This document shows positions 61,931-64,000 of a stretch of DNA of 64,000 nt, piece after piece. The notes below the pieces were generated by a model, which worked only from the letters and a program-made list of their open reading frames with translations, made no database searches and had not been told where the DNA came from. The stretch lies in assembly GCA_013265495.1 (NCBI GenBank), contig MU058781.1:7855009-7919008 (forward strand), in the 5' to 3' direction. Both the position numbers and the translations under genes were made by a program. Position 1 is the first letter of the stretch. Each line of letters starts with the position of its first letter. Origin of the DNA: Vicugna vicugna. Taxonomy: Eukaryota.

Positions 61931-64000
61931 AAAAAGAAACTGCCATGATGCTGCTGCTCAATCCTTGTTTACTAAGAACCACAAGCCAGCAGCGATACTA
62001 GAGACTGCACATCCAAAGCAACTCATCAGGAGTCCCTAGTTATAAGCCATCAAAGAAAGTCATAAAACTGTACAGAAAAAGTAAGTGATCAGGATGGGCA
62101 GGGTTAGAAAGAGAAGACGGTAGTTACGTGAGCCTGTATTCTGAAATGACAGACATGGGTTCAAGGAAACATGGTGGCAAATGTGAGACCACAGGGGAAT
62201 TTGCGGCTTTAAGAGGCTAAAGGTGAGCTTGGACAATGTAGAGAAATGAGGCAGGATAAAAGGGGCTATCCACAGTAGCTGAAGAAGAATCTTCAACAGT
62301 CACTAGGTTTGAAACATTCCTATTTGTCCTAATGGACAATTAGCAGCTCTTGAGGGAGGTGGCAATTTGACTATGACCTTGACACACACGCTGAATAATA
62401 TTTTAGGTTACTGGGTCCTATTATGGGGAGAGGCTTAAAAAAGGAAAGGACTAACCAGAAAGCTGTTGTTACAACATAGGTAAGAGGTGACGAACGTGGT
62501 AAGAACAGCAGAGGACTGCGCATGATGTGAGCTCTGGAGTGAAGGAAAAAATCAACACCTTCTAGCACTTCCTTCCCTGAACTAGCTGAAGCCTGAACAG
62601 CCAAGCCAATGCCCACCTTTTAGTGAAAGGCTCTGCCCTCACCGATCATGTAAATGCTCGGTACAGAGAGTTAAAATGAAACTTCTCACATTTTAACACC
62701 TCAGTGTGAATCCATTTGCTTGTTTTTCCTAGAGTAGATGTCCACAGGGGATTGTCCGAGCCCTAAGTGGGCAGCAATCACAACTAAAATCAGAGAAGGA
62801 CTTGGAAGGAGAGCCTAGGTCTGGTGCTGAATCTCAGTCTTGTAAACAGTTTTGCCCGGGGCTGCCTTGAGGATGACGATGAAGATGGTGCCAACAACGT
62901 TCTGAATAACTGAACGTGAGAGTGGTTGATGATCTTAGTTGCCTCAGGATTTAAAAACTCATGTTTTAAATGTCATATGGTGTAAATATATGCTGATGTC
63001 CAAACAACGCTTCCCCAGGCACATGGTTTTGCTTTGGGGGGAATTCAGCCCTTGTGCGCATCCCTGCTCCTCTGTGTGAACAAATTCTAGCTTCAACCCA
63101 GTTCTGCCTTGCACTTCTCTGACTCATGTCTTTTTAGCTTCATCTCCCTCCCTCACTTGAGATAACCCATTATTATCGTCTCAGTTTATCTACGAAACGT
63201 GTTTTAACGTACAGGTAGAAATTGAAGTGGGCTGTCAACGCTACTATGGACTGATACGTTCTAGAATAAGTACATGCAAGACATTGCCTCAGTGTGGAAG
63301 GCAGCCTCTTTGCATCTGCAGCCATCCCTGCTAATGCTAAATTGTGTTCTTTGGATTAACTTAACACTTTTGTTATTTAAAAGATGATGTGCTCATGCTT
63401 TGAGCCCCCATCTCCGGTGAAAGCTCTCCAGGCTTCTTTTTTCACCTCTGCAACCCTCATCGCACCCACACATCTCTTCACTTAGGAAAAGACTCGAGTT
63501 TTCTGAGCTTAACCACAAACTCCTCATCATGGGTGGAATTGCTGGCTCTTTTTTGGAAGTGATCACTTTACAGCGTATGACACTTCCAGCAATTATGTTT
63601 ATAATCAATTAATAGGGGAGGGCGAATGAGGGACACTCAGAGACGCTCTTGAGTACACAGTGAACATGACTGAGTTAGATCCCACAACTTGGAAGTTGGT
63701 ATACACTTGAAAAAGATTCACGCGTGTTGCTCTTGAGTCCCTGTTCACCAACTCGTGTTATAAAATAAGGTCCCATTTTCCAAATGAATTGTTCTGAACA
63801 CCAGGCCCTCCCCTTCCTGCTCATAGCTGAATTCCATTCAGCACCTAGGATGAAGCTCTCTAAGTAATTTCTGGGGACCTCAAGGAACTCAGTCCCATTC
63901 ATCCCTGACTCTGTCCTCTCCACCGCTTGCCTTTCGCCTGTCGTCACACAGCTCCAGCACATCCTGCTCCTGTGGCGGCATGAACCACAGAATCACAACA

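Overview
Mammalian nuclear DNA, very likely camelid (camel, alpaca or llama). The evidence is three tRNA-Ala-derived SINEs matching my recollection of the camelid Vic-1 family, plus young artiodactyl-type L1 3' ends. The window is AT-rich and roughly half transposon-derived: L1/HAL1, L2, MIR, MaLR/ERVL/ERV1 LTRs, and hAT and Tigger DNA elements, often nested. I recognise no protein-coding gene, and the supplied ORFs are repeat-derived or look like chance. L1 orientation and A-skew on + suggest, but do not prove, an intron of a large minus-strand gene. Highlights: (1) a non-repetitive CpG island (~29.65-30.15 kb) with outward-facing splice donors at both ends; (2) two microexon candidates on the minus strand (12 and 15 nt); (3) a tail-less L1 endonuclease fragment inserted with a perfect 15-bp TSD; (4) a MER41-like LTR with a GAS/STAT motif at a 16-bp duplication junction; (5) an LTR-like TATA/exon cassette; (6) a higher-order 28/30-bp quasi-palindromic tandem array; (7) a MER53 hairpin. 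Repeat family names come from memory of consensus sequences and their boundaries are approximate. All exon calls are unvalidated splice-signal predictions, and such signal pairs also arise by chance in 64 kb.
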